Shown here in pieces: positions 24,946 through 39,336 of a DNA stretch of 64,000 nt. This stretch comes from Eledone cirrhosa. Lineage: Eukaryota. The number at the start of each line of letters is the position of its first letter. Positions within the stretch are counted from its first letter, which is position 1. The DNA lies in NCBI GenBank assembly GCA_964016885.1, contig OZ024754.1:41354001-41418000 (forward strand). Reading direction: 5' to 3'. The notes beneath the pieces are model-generated. The model was not told where the DNA came from. It ran no database searches and was given only the letters and a program-made list of their open reading frames with translations. The position numbers were made by a program, and so were the translations under genes.

Positions 24946-25124
24946 TAACAATACAATTACAGAAGCTGGCACCAGAAATGGTAATGGAACAAAGGGAAAA
25001 CATTCAGATTTTCATTTCAAACAGAATTTTTTACCATTTTATTTCATTATTGTTTTGGTTTTTGCTTTTTTTTTTTTTCATTTGTTTCTTTAATGTTGTT
25101 CAGAAGCGTGAACAACATTAACAA

Positions 25125-25169
<45 letters not shown>

Positions 25170-26361
25170 TAACAGAAACATCATTAAGGATAACTACAAT
25201 AATTACTATTATTGAAATAATTATCATCATCATCATATAATAATAATATCAATAATAATAATAATAATAATATCAATAATAATGCTTTCTTTATTAACTA
25301 CAAGGGTTTACATAAAGTAGACATTAAGGACAGTACAGGACAATACAGGACGGTACAAATGGGCATTTCTGCGTGTAAAAAAAAACAGAGGATGTAATAA
25401 AAAAAATAACAATGAAAAATTCCCCAATAGGGGGGAGACTTCCGAGGGACATTTGTGGAGAAAGCCCATTAAAAGGCCACAGTGACCCTGACCACCAGGG
25501 CACAATAATAATAATAAATAATAATAATTGTTTCTACTTTAGGCACAAGGCCAGCAATTACCCAGTGCGTTACTTGTACTTTATTTTATCGACCTCGTAA
25601 GGATGAAAGGCAAAGTCAACCTCGGCGGGATTTGAACTCAGATCATAAAGGGAGGTAACTCTATGCTTCAAAGCATGGCGCCCGATCCTCTACCGATACT
25701 GCCAATCCAAAATAATAATAATAATGATTTCTTTATTGGCCACAAGGGCTGACATCAAGAAAAACATTACAGACGGTACAGGATGCTACGATGTGGGTTT
25801 TGTGCGTGTAAAGATTTTTATTATTTATATATAAAAAAAAAAAAAAGATTTATTTATTTATTTATTTATTTATTAATAATAATAATGCTTTCTTTATTTT
25901 AATAATAATAATGTTTATCTCGGAGCATTTATAAAACTAATAACGCAGAGACAGATTTTGGAATTCAACTCCTCCATGTGTGAATGGACATACACACACG
26001 TGGGTATAATGTGTGTGTATATATATATGTGTGTGTGTGTCTGTTGGTCTGTGTGTGTTGGTCTCTGTGTGTGTGTTGGTCTGTGTGTGTATGTATATAT
26101 GCATGTGTGTGTGGGGGTATAATGTGTGTGAGTGTGTTGGTGTATGTGTGTGTATGTATATATGCATATGAGTGTGGGTATAATGTGTGTGTGTGTGTAT
26201 ATAATGTGTGTGTGTGTGTTGGTGTGCATGATAGACCATTCCTATATGCACGCATGAAGAAAATAACATGTACATACACATGCACATTTCTACATGCAGA
26301 TAAATAGAAACATGTGCATGCCTAGAAGTTTACACCAAATGCACAAGTGCAGCTTATATCT

Positions 26362-27885
26362 ATCATCATCATCATCATCATCATTTTACGTCCGCTTTTC
26401 CCTGCTTGCAAGGGTGGGACGGGTCTTATTCAGCACAGCATCTCTCCACTCGTCATGGTCCCTCGTCATCTCCACCGTGAGCTTCAATGATCTGAGGTCT
26501 GTTCTCACCACCTCCGCCCATGTTTTTCGTGGTCTACCTCTACCACATCTTCCTTCAACTGGCATTTCCTGGCACCACTTCACCCATCGGTCATCCTCCA
26601 TGCGCATCACATGTCCAAACCACCTCAGTCTCCTCTCCCGTACACTACATTCTATCCCTCTCAGACACAGTTTCTCTCTCAACACATTTATGCTGGGTCG
26701 TTCACGCACATTTACACTGCACATCCAACGGAGCATGCTTGCCTCATTTTTCTCCAGCCATCGCATATCCTCTGCGGTTGCTGCCCATGTCTCACTACCA
26801 TGCAGCATCGCGCTCCTCACACAGGCATCATACAACCGGCCTTTCGTACGCAGGGAGAAACCCTTCTTCGTCAACAGAGGAAGCAGCTCCCTAAACTTCT
26901 TCCAACCCGTCCTTATTCTAGATACTATGGCCTCGGAACACCCTCCTCCCATGCTAATCTGATCTCCTAGGTACCGGAAGCTATCCACCACTTCTATAGC
27001 GCCCTCTCGCATTTGAAAAATGTGTCTATCAGTGCGACTTCTACTGTCTAATTTCCCTGTACATCTACTGCATACATATTTCTCCCTACCTGTTAGTTTG
27101 CCTGCTATCCCACTACATCTCTTGTGTACCCAGGACCTGCATTGTGTGCATTTTATAGAATTTATGCCAGTTCCTTTTCTGCATATCGAACATGGCCATT
27201 TCCCTGATGGAATCAGGGTTTTGTCCTCTTTTCTACTCATCAACACTTTTGTCTTAGCTAGATTCACTCTTAGTCCTCTTGCTTCCAACTGCTGTTTCCA
27301 TAGCCGGAATTTATTCTCTAGCTCCTCTACTGATTCTGCTATAAGAACCAGATCGTCAGCATAGAGAAGTTCCCATGGACAGCCAGTCTTAAACTCCTCT
27401 GTTATGGCTTGGAGGACTATAATGAACAAGAGCGGGCTGAGGACCGAACCCTGATGTACTCCTACTTGTATCTGGAATTCCTCACTAAACTCCATTCCTA
27501 CCCTGACTTTACTGAGAGTACCTCTGTACAAAGTTTGCACTGTCCTCACAAGCCATTCCTCAACACCTAGCTTCCTTAGGGACCACCAGATGACAGATTG
27601 GGGTACCCTATCAAAGGCCTTCTCTAGGTCAACAAAGGCTAAGTATAGTGGCTTATTCTTCTCTAAGAACCTCTCTTGCATTTGTCTCACCAAGAAGAGG
27701 GCATCTGTTGTACTCTTCCCAGGCACAAAACCAAACTGCATCTCATCTAGTTTGACCCTTTCTCTAATTAGTTGTGCTAAAATCCTTTCTGCCACTTTCA
27801 TAACCTGATCTATCAGTTTTATACCCCTATAATTGCTCCTCTCCAAAGCATCCCCTTTACCTTTGTAGCAATTTATGAGAATACT
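26362..27885 (-). mobile_element. 5'-truncated RTE-clade LINE retrotransposon with (GAT)n tail
   Basis: Uninterrupted ~500-codon ORF end followed directly by (GAT)n; endonuclease domain missing. Confidence 0.95.
26386..27885 (-). CDS. RTE reverse transcriptase ORF (N-terminally truncated) with a C4HC3 PHD-like finger
   Basis: Motifs YKGKGD..NYRGIKL, QFGF, FVDLEKAFDRV, GVHQGSVLSPLLF, YADD (27352-27363), FRYLG, RRLRWFGHVMRM, RGRPRKTW. The N-terminal part of track ORF 26386-27984 is microsatellite read-through. Confidence 0.92.
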   Translation of the reverse strand, partial: SILINCYKGKGDALERSNYRGIKLIDQVMKVAERILAQLIRERVKLDEMQFGFVPGKSTTDALFLVRQMQERFLEKNKPLYLAFVDLEKAFDRVPQSVIWWSLRKLGVEEWLVRTVQTLYRGTLSKVRVGMEFSEEFQIQVGVHQGSVLSPLLFIIVLQAITEEFKTGCPWELLYADDLVLIAESVEELENKFRLWKQQLEARGLRVNLAKTKVLMSRKEDKTLIPSGKWPCSICRKGTGINSIKCTQCRSWVHKRCSGIAGKLTGREKYVCSRCTGKLDSRSRTDRHIFQMREGAIEVVDSFRYLGDQISMGGGCSEAIVSRIRTGWKKFRELLPLLTKKGFSLRTKGRLYDACVRSAMLHGSETWAATAEDMRWLEKNEASMLRWMCSVNVRERPSINVLREKLCLRGIECSVRERRLRWFGHVMRMEDDRWVKWCQEMPVEGRCGRGRPRKTWAEVVRTDLRSLKLTVEMTRDHDEWRDAVLNKTRPTLASREKRT

Positions 27886-27907
27886 TGCAACACATTTATA
27901 TATATAC

Positions 27908-27944
<37 letters not shown>

Positions 27945-28005
27945 TACACATACATACATACATAGATCTATCATCACTTAACATCTGTTTTCACTGCTAG
28001 CAAGG

Positions 28006-29262
<1,257 letters not shown>

Positions 29263-29506
29263 TATATGTAGATAACTCTACCAAGAGTTTACTGTAGTGT
29301 CCAATCCGTATGAAGAACTCAATGTAATATATATATATATATACATATATATATACATATATAGATATATATACATATATAGATATATATACATATATAT
29401 ATATATACATATATAGATATATATACATATATATAGATATATATACATATATATATATATATATCATCATCGTTTAACGTCCATCTTCCATGCTAGCATG
29501 GGTTAG

Positions 29507-29538
<32 letters not shown>

Positions 29539-29587
29539 CCTTGCTAGCAGTGAAAACAGATGTTAAGTGATGATAGATCTATGTATG

Positions 29588-29651
<64 letters not shown>

Positions 29652-29758
29652 AATGTGTTGCAAGTATGCACATAGGAATGTGTCTGTATGTGTGTATGTG
29701 TGTATGTATGTGTGTGTGTGTATATATATATATATGTGTTGCAAATATGTACATAGGA

Positions 29759-29816
<58 letters not shown>

Positions 29817-29904
29817 TGGAGAAAGGAATGAGTGAAAATGACAGAAAGAAAAGGTTTTAAATTGCTTCTAAAATCTATAGTTTGTTTGGTGATATAAATA
29901 TATC

Positions 29905-30510
29905 AAACAATAGCTTGTTGTTGTAGTAACACTAGTTTGTTGTTGTTGTAGTAACACTAGTTTGTTGTTGTAGTAACAATAGCTTGTAATAGTAACACTA
30001 GTTTGTTGTTGTTGTTGTTGTTGTAGTAACAATAGCTTGTAGTAGTAACACTAGTTTGTAGTTGTAGTAGTAGTAACACTGGTTTGTAGTTGTTGTAACA
30101 CTAGTTTGTTGTTGTTGTTGTAGTAACACTAGTTTGTTGTTTTAGTAACAATAGCTTGTTGTTGTAGTAGTAACACTAGTTTGTAGTTGTTGTAGTAACA
30201 CTAGTCTGTTGTTGTTGTTGTAGTAGTAGTAGTAACAATAGTTTGTTGTTGTTGTAGTAGTAACAATAGTTTGTTGTTGTTGTAGTAGTAACAATAGTTT
30301 GTTGTTGTTGTAGTAGTAACAATAGTTTGTTGTAGTAGTAGTAACAATAGTTTGTAGTTGTTGTCACAATATCTACAACAACAACAAAACAACCATAAGA
30401 AAAATAACAGGAACAACAACTACCACAACAACCACAACAAGAACCACAACAACTACCACAATAACAACCACCACCACCACCACTACCACCACAACAACAA
30501 CAACAACAAC
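29905..30510. repeat. (GTT/GTA)n-AACACTAGTTT variable minisatellite, then an opposite-strand (ACA/CCA)n tract
   Basis: Directly visible. Confidence 0.9.
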
Positions 30511-30981
30511 AGTAGCTAGTGATTGTAAAACATCATTTTCAATAAAATGTATCATCTAGTGACTACTCCAAACTATATTGTTTCAATTAAATAACAAATT
30601 ACTCGTTAAGTTAATTAAACTTTCAAATAAACAACGTATAATAATGTTGCTTGTGTTGAAAATGAAATTTGATTTTAGTTTAACATTATTTGAAATTGTT
30701 AACATTGAAATAGAATATTAGTGTATATAGTACCTCTTACTACTGGTACATAGCACACCTCACCTCTTACAGTATGTACTGCACACCACACCTCTTACTA
30801 CTGGTACATAGCACACCTCACCTCTTACACTATGTACTGCACACCACACCTCTGACTACTGGTACAGAGGGGAAAGTTTAAAAAACAATCTCTCTCTCTC
30901 TCTATCTTTATATATATATATATATATATATATAAGTACATATATGCACACACACATATATAATATATATATATACACACA

Positions 30982-31535
30982 CATCATCATCATCATTTTA
31001 CGTCTGCTTTTCCCTGCTTGCAAGCGTGGGGTGGGGTGGGTCTTATTCAGCACAGCATCTCTCCACTCGTCACGGTCCTTCGTCATCTCCACCGTAAGCT
31101 TCAGCAATCTGAGGTCTGTTCTCACCACCTCCATCCATGTTTTTTGTGGTCTACCTCTACCACGTCTTCCTTCAACTGGCATTTCCTGGCACTTCTTTAC
31201 CCATCAGTCATCCTCCATGCGCATCACATGTCCATACCATCTCAGTCTCCTCTCCCATACACTACATTCTATCCCTCTCAGACACAGTTTCTCTCTCAAC
31301 ACATCCACGCTGGGTCGTTCACGCACATTGACATTGCACATCCAACGGAGCATGCTTGCCTCATTTCTCTCCAGCCATCGCATATCCTCTGCAGTTGCTG
31401 CCCATGTCTCACTACCATGAAGCATCGCACTCCTCACACAGGCATCATATAACCGGCCTTTCGTACGCAGGGAGAAACCCTTCTTCGTCAGCAGAGGAAG
31501 CAGCTCCCTAAACTTCTTCCAACCTGTCCTTATTC
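30982..31535 (-). mobile_element. RTE LINE 3' fragment, same family as 26362-27885
   Basis: Closely similar to 26362-26920; contains an in-frame stop near 31205; (GAT)n tail. Confidence 0.92.
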
Positions 31536-31725
31536 ATACACACACACACATATATATGTATATATATATACACACACACACACATAATATATATATATAT
31601 ACACACACACACATATATAATATATATACAGACACACACATTATATACATATGTATATTATATATATATAATATCCTTTTCTAAAACAGTCTGCATATGT
31701 GTGTGTGTGTGTATATATATATATA

Positions 31726-31852
<127 letters not shown>

Positions 31853-32107
31853 ATGTAGGTGTGGTTGTGTGGGTGTGTTGCTGTGCATATGGTGTCTGTG
31901 ATTGAGTGTAAGTTATCACACTTCTCGACAAAATTTTGATTTATTAGCTTTTAGTAATTCATGAATAAACAGCTACGAGAAGTTATTTGCAGCCTGAATA
32001 GTCAATGTAATAATGGTTGGCTCAATTTCCATATTGAACTCTCTCATCACCCTTCTATACCAAAACAAACTCTGCTTTACCAACCAGAAATATTTATACA
32101 AATGCTA

Positions 32108-32700
32108 AGGCACTTGGCTTAGAGGTTACAGTGTTTAGTTCATGGTAGTAAGGTCATGTTTGATTCCTGATGGCGCGTTGTGTTCTTAAGCAAGGGACTA
32201 CATGTCATGTTGAGCAAGGGACTACATTTCACTTTGTGTTCTTAAGCAAGGGACTACATTTCATCACGTTGAGCAAGGGACTATATTTCATCACATTGAG
32301 CAAAGGACTATATTTAACATTGAGCCGGGAACTATATTTCACTTTGAGCAAGGGACTATGTTTCACTTTGAGCAGAGAACTACATTTCACATTGATCAAG
32401 GGACTATATTTCACATTGATCAAGGGGCTATATTTCACATTGATCAAGGGGCTATATTTCACATTGATCAAGGGGCTATATTTCATGTTGACTAAGGGAC
32501 TATATTTCACGTGGCTCTGGTTTACTCCAATGGAGAAGTTGTATCTGTAATTTATAAGCTCTGTTATGTCACCCAATTTGTCATGCTGAATCTCCCTGAG
32601 AACTATGTTAAAGTGAATGTATGTGTGTGGAATGCTCAGCCACTTTTATGTTCATTTCATTTCATGGTTGTTCCATTGTTTGAATAACTGAGACACCCTT
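32108..32700 (+). mobile_element. Old CORE-SINE with an internal ~24-bp tandem amplification
   Basis: Decayed A-box TGGCTTAGAGG; CORE segment ttgagcaagggactatatttcaca repeated about a dozen times (32185-32510); 3' body similar to 57197-57310. Confidence 0.7.
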
Positions 32701-33273
32701 GGTGGGAATCAATGCAAGTCCTACACATAGGTAAACAAGTTGAAACTTGGGTCTAGAACAGAGAACCTTTCAATGTGAATGGTCAGTCAATTACATATAT
32801 ATATTGGTGTTAGGAAGGGCATCCAGCTGTAGAAAACCCGCCAGACAGTCCACGCTGTAATGTGGCCGTGTAGGCAACACGGTAAAAACCTCCCAGCCCC
32901 ACACTGTAAATGTGGTTGGTGTTAGGAAGGGCATCCAACTGTAGAAAACCCGCCAGACAGTCCTATGCGAGCAAGACAACCACTCTTGCCTCAAGTGGGA
33001 AAACCCCCGTCCAAACCCATGCAAGCGTGGAACACGGACGCTAAACCTGATGATGATGATGATGATGATATATATATACATATATATCATCACCATTTAA
33101 TGTCCATTTTTAATGTCCACACTAGCATGGGTTATAAATATATATATAAGGAAAAGAAGTTGTAAATGCAACTGGAGTCTTTTAAGAATATTTATTTACT
33201 TTATTGGTTTCACAGTTCTTATGCTTTTCAAAAGTAAAATTGAGATCGAGGGTTTGTGTTTCTGTTGTGGTTT

Positions 33274-33316
<43 letters not shown>

Positions 33317-34209
33317 AGGTGAATAGGTAGATAGACAGAATCAAGTGATGTTGGACAACATATTTTTCAAGGACCCTCTATAGTCTGAGTTCAAATATTG
33401 CCAAAAGTCGACTTTGCTTTTATCCGTGTCTTATACTGAGGCTGATATAATTTACTATAACCTTAAAATCAGTGCTCCAGCATGGCAACAGTTCAGTGAC
33501 TGGAACCAATATAAGAAAAATATATTGATAATAATAGAATTCAAATTCGGAAAGTTGTTTGATCTCATCAATGGAGGAGAAGGAGGTTTTAGAATAATGG
33601 TTAAGAATCCTGCTACATACTGATGAATTTTATCTTGGCCACTAAATGTAAATTCAAAAGGAATAAATAAATGGTAAAGCCATAGATAATGGCGCCTGTT
33701 TAGTTGCTCTTGAAATTTCAAGCCATTAAAAAAAAAAAGGGTTTTGTTAAGAATATTTTCTGAACGCTATTGGAGTTTCGAGAAAGTTAATGGCCCATAA
33801 TATAGCTAACAGGCAAATCTGATTATCACAGTTGAATGAAGAATTTCCTTCTAATGGCCAGAAAAAGAACCTTAATGTTTTTCCAAATCACTGAAAGTGA
33901 AAAATCTTTGATGCCAAGGAACTATTGTATTGATTAATTATCTCTCCATGCCTGATAAGACTTTAATTATTCTTTAATTTCAACACCATTGCTATTCCTT
34001 AGACTTTTGATAAAATGCAAATCACAAATTTGTCATTTAACTATTAGAACTTTTCGAAAAAGGTTTTATATGACACACGATGACTGCTTTCTCAGAATTA
34101 AATATAATTGAAAAATTAGACATTTTAAATATTCATTTAAAATTGGACATCTTAAATATTCATTTATATCTTCCATTAGCTTATTTTCAAATTGTTCCTA
34201 TTTCTAGTG

Positions 34210-35112
34210 GTGTGTGGAGGTGTGTGTGGTGGAGGTGTGTGTGTGAGTGTCTGTGTGTGTGAGTGTCTGTGTGTGAGTATCTATGTGTGTGTGGAGGTGT
34301 GTGGAGGTGTGTGTGTGAATGTCTGTGTGTGTGTGGAGGTGTGTGTGTAGATGTGTTTCAGTGTTTGTGTCTGTGTTTGTGTCTGTGTGTGTGTGTGTGG
34401 ATCTGTTTGTGTCTGTGCGTGTGTGTGGATGTGTTTGTGTCTGTGCGTGTGTGTGGATGTGTTTGTGTCTGTGCGTGTGTGTGGATGTGTCTGTGTCTGT
34501 GTCTGTGTGTGTCTGTGTCTGTGTCTGTGTGTGTGTCTGTGTGTGTGTCTGTGTGTGGATGTGTCTGTGTGTGTGTCTGTGTGTGGATGTGTTTGTGTCT
34601 GTGTCTGTGTGGATGTGTTTGTGTGTGTGTTTGTGTGTGGATGTGTTTGTGTCTGTGCGTGTGTGTGGATGTGTTTGTGTGTATGTGTGTCTGTGTCTGT
34701 GTGTGTGTCTGTGTGTGGATGTGTTTGTGTCTGTGTGGATGTGTTTGTGTGTGTGTGTGGATGTGTTTGAGTGTCTGTGTGTGTGGATGTGTTTGAGTGT
34801 GTGTGTGTGTGGATGTGTTTGAGTGTGTGTGTGTGTGGATGTGTTTGTGTCTCTGTGTATGTATGTAAGTATTATCTATGTATGGGTGTGAGTGTGTGTG
34901 TATATGTGTGTATATATGTGTGTCTGTGTATGTAAGTATTATGTATGTATGAGTGTGTATGTGTGCATGTATATGTGTGTATGTGTGTGTGTATGTAAGT
35001 ATTATGTATGTATGTATGAGTCTGTGTATATGTGTGTGTATGTGTGTGTGTATGTAAGTATTATGTATGAGTATGCATGTATGTGTGTGTGTGTGTGTGT
35101 ATATGTGTGTGT
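34210..35112. repeat. (TG)n-derived compound microsatellite
   Basis: Directly visible; similar tracts at 12858-13300, 15502-15835, 16991-17262, 44375-44688 and 61740-62978. Confidence 0.95.
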
Positions 35113-35675
35113 TTGGAGGGGTGTTCTTTACTTCTTCATAGTTGGAAATAAAAAGATTTGTCCTTATCGAAAGCAAGACTCTTCTTTCCGGTTTGTTCTA
35201 ATTGAAGTTTGAAAAATGATTTCAGTAGAAAAGGACAGAAAGTATTTCATGTCCAGCTATAATAATATTCAATCAACACTGAGAAGCTGGGAAAGAAGTG
35301 AAAAAAAAAGCTTAAACTACACGAGATATAAGGAAGGAGCTGTTTTCGTTAGTGCATCAGAGAGAAAACCCGAGTAAGAAAATCTTTGTTTACAACTATT
35401 AGTTTTAAATAAGATATTTTATATTTTAAATAAGATATTTTATATTTTATATTTTAAAAGCATTAATTTACCTCTAATATAATAAAAACAAAATGTGTAA
35501 AAATGTGTAAAAACATTGGAAAAGTGAAAGCAATTTACCAATAAACTGCCAGTATGGAGGGAGTGGAGAATCTGTGAAATATATCAATCTAAACTGTTTT
35601 AGAATAATATGCTGTTTTCTTAAGCAGCAGACAGTGTCTGAGATGATTTTAACATGATAGATTTATTATTGTTTA

Positions 35676-35940
35676 GCATGGCCTAGTGGTAAGGGTGTTG
35701 ACTTCTGATCATAATGCTGTGGGTTTGATTCCTGGAATGGGTTGCATGTTGTGTTCTTCATTTCACGTTGATCTAGTATACTCAGCTGAAAATGAGTATC
35801 AAAAATATCTGGGAGTTTAACCTTATGAAGGACTGGCACCCTGTCCAGGGAGGAGACTTGCACTCTCAGTCGCTTAATGCCATGAAACCGGGATAAACAC
35901 CAGCCTAAGAAGCCTTCTGGCTTAAGACAGGCTTTAGACT
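35676..35940 (+). mobile_element. tRNA-derived CORE-SINE with a different 3' tail
   Basis: A-box TGGCCTAGTGG, B-box-like GGTTTGATTCC, ctcagctgaaaatgagta, tail gactggcaccctgtccaggg..gaaaccgggataa. Confidence 0.65.
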
Positions 35941-36549
35941 TTAAACCCAGGTCAGCCAGCGCTACGCAGAACCTATGGTCAAAGATATTCTAGCCAAAGC
36001 TATCCCATACTTTTTTCTTGGGCATCGCATGTCTAAGATTATATTATCCAATGTGTTCTTCCCTCTTGAAGCTAGTAGAGGCTGCTATTTCTAGCAATTC
36101 AATCAATCACACTGAGTGTGGCAGATTATTAAACATTTGTTCAGGAGTTCAAATCATCCAACAGTCAATATAGTTTATCTCACGAGAAGACCTTACTTTG
36201 TCTGTAATGATTGTATTGTTTAGTTCAACAAGGTACCTCTACTAAAAATAATAGCTAAACCTCACTCTACTTTCTTATGAGAAGAAGAACACAATAGGTA
36301 ATGTCGTGTCATACACTATACCTGAAATGAAAGAGAGTAGACATAGCTAAGATACCTTTAATTATAACAATACTTGATCAAAGACATTCAAAGCTGTCTT
36401 GGAGCTAAACAACATTTCCTGTGGAGAATGTCTCTGGTTAATTGGTATATGTTTGTTTGCTGTATCGAGGTATGTATATACATACATGTATACATGCATG
36501 CATGTATATATACATATATATATATAGATATATAGATATATATATATAT

Positions 36550-36919
36550 AAATGTAATCTGAGTTTTTCGAATATTAATAATTGTTTCTACTTTTGGCAC
36601 AAGGCCAGCAACTACCCAGTGTATTACTGGTACTTTATTTTATCGACCCCCGTAAGGATGAAAGGCAAAGTTAACCTCGACGGGATTTGAACTCAGACCG
36701 TAAAGGGACTTAACTATGCTAGAAAGCATGGCGTCCAGCCCTCTACCGATACTGCCAATTCACCGCCATTAATAATAATATTCCATTCGTTTGCAATTAT
36801 GCAAACAGTCCCTTTCAAGCCATGTCAGTAGAATGAACCCCTCATTCTTGCTCTTGTGTTGGCATGTAAACAGAACTGTAGACACTAATGTTTCTGGGTG
36901 ATTACCCTTCATCAGTGTA
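36550..36919 (-). mobile_element. Second copy of the 17868-18060 hammerhead element, interrupted by a family-A SINE (36583-36767)
   Basis: Colinear with 17868-18038; SINE flanked by an ATTAATAAT direct repeat; hammerhead core intact but the stem I 5' strand is replaced by (TA)n. Confidence 0.8.
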
Positions 36920-39110
36920 TATATATATACATCTATATATACATGCACGGATATATACACGTATATAAGCATTCATGTCTATGTACTGTAAATACACAGT
37001 CGCTACCACAATAATATATGTCTGGACAATGTGGGAGAACATTGTCTTAGCAACCTTAGAAAGTAAAAAGATTAAATTTGCTTCCAAACACAACTTGGAA
37101 TACATAAATAAGCAGCACTGCAGTGAGTCAAAGTAGAATATATAGCCATCTTGTATTCCCTGAACCACTTTCATCATTCAAGTGCTAGTATTGATTCCCT
37201 GTAAGGGTGGCCCTAGAATTATATGAAATAGGTTGGAATGGGAGAGAAAGAAATCTGTGATATTCCTGGTTTCCCCAAGAGCCTCAGCTACTAACCCAAG
37301 TGATTCAGATAATTCTAAAATTAGATTCAATATACTCCAAACTTATCTCTACGCTATCGTGTTCAGCTAAACAATTTAATATTTGAAAATAATCAAATAA
37401 AATTAATTTCTTTAAAAATAAATAATTATATACATTATCTCGCTTAAATTCATCATATTCTATCTGTAAGATAGAAAGATAGTAAACAATTTTAGAAAAC
37501 TTCTTTCTAAGCTCATTACTTTAACTAAATATTTTATTTTCATCAGGATTATATCTTCTGTTCAACTAATATGGACTTTATTTGTCTACAGTAGTTTTAG
37601 GTAAACATGTTTTGCTTTCTGAGAAGGAAATTCAACAGTTATTTCCTCCCTCACATTCATAGAGAGTTATTTTGATACTTGACTCAAATAAATCTCTATT
37701 TTGGATACTATTGATTATATTCTATTATAATCCCCATCAAGAATACGGCTCAAGGTTTTAACATTCACCAGTTGATGCTGCACACAACAGAATGCTCTTC
37801 TAAAAGATTTCTTCCCTTCTAGTTGAAAAATGAACAAAGGTCACCGAGTACACTTTAAAGTAGAAGGTCATTGGGTACAGTGGAAAGGTTATTCAGTACA
37901 GTTGAAAGGTCATTGAGTACAGTGGAAGGTAGGTCATTGGGTACAGTGGAAAGTAGAAGAAAGGTCATGGGTACAGTGGAAAGTAGATGGCAGCTCAACT
38001 CAATAATCTGTGTTGTAGTAAGTGTTTATATATATTTCCTTGTTTGTAGAGTCAAATACGGGTTCTGATTTAGGCAGAAGGTCAACAATTCTGGGGTAGG
38101 AGAAAGTCAATTAAATCGACCCAAGTGCATTACTGGTACTTTATTTTATTGACCCCCATAAGGATGACAGGCAAAGTTGACTTTGGTGGGATTTGAACTC
38201 AGAACATTAAGAGCCATAATTATATGCCATAAAGCATGTCTGACGATCTACCGATTCTACTGCCAATCCATCACATCTTGGTTGTAGAATCAAATATGTG
38301 TAGGAATATAAATGACAATAAGAAATGGGAGACATCAAAGAGTGTATTTAAATTGGTAGAAATTCTGTTGAAGTTAGACCAAGTCTAATGTATAACTAAA
38401 TAGTGACAAATATTACAGACTTACTCAGAGCTACTAAATGAAAATCTCAAGTAGAGAATGGACTAACAGGGACTTTGTCTCTATTTGAATTGCCCCAAGG
38501 GTCATTAGAACACCAAATAGAATGCATTACAGTATTTGTTTTGGCTTTCTGAGTTCAAACCCCACTGAAGTGAACTTTGCTTTTCATCCATTCAAGGTTG
38601 ATAAAGAGAAAAGTACCAGTGATATATTGAAGTCTTCCTCTATATATTTTTCTCACTTCCTCTCTCTCTCTCTCCTTCCTGTAAGAAATCAGCCATGTTC
38701 AGACCTGGAAACAAATGAGATAGGTCCTGCCAAGTTTTAAAATGCCCAAGACATGCTGTATGATTCCATTAGAAGTTATGGATCTAAACATACAAATTGC
38801 TCCAAATATTTGTTAAGAGACAACTAGCCTGTGATGGGCTTAAAACAACATAATGTGACAATGGTGACAATGATGATGCTGTGTTGTTTAACCTAAAAAT
38901 GGCTGAAATATTTGTCTCTGGCTAAAACAACATCCATGACAAAACAGCAAAACTAAACTTGCCTGCATAAGGTTATTGCTACACATACTTGATTAAAACA
39001 TTAACCCTTTCACGACTGTATTTCCAATGAATTATTTTAATCAATTAATGGAGAATTTTGAGGGATTTACTGAAATTGTAAATTATTTCATTACTAAGAT
39101 AGTAACTTAA

Positions 39111-39336
39111 CCCTTTAGCATTTACATTATTCTATATTTACTATTGTTATTTTCACAGTAAAGACTTTATCTTACATAATTAATTATCTCACATACTATC
39201 GAATCTATGAGGTTTTGATGTTATTTATTTTGAGAACAATACCTTAACATCAGTATGAACAGCTAGTTACAGCCAGTTTGAACAGAAAGAGGTGAGAGAA
39301 TTCTGGCCGGATATGACCGGTTTAAATGCTAAAGGG
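39111..39336. mobile_element. piggyBac-like MITE, complete
   Basis: TTAA target duplication on both sides; 14-bp TIR CCCTTTAGCATTTA / TAAATGCTAAAGGG; nested in another TTAA-CCCTTT element that starts at 39001. Confidence 0.9.
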
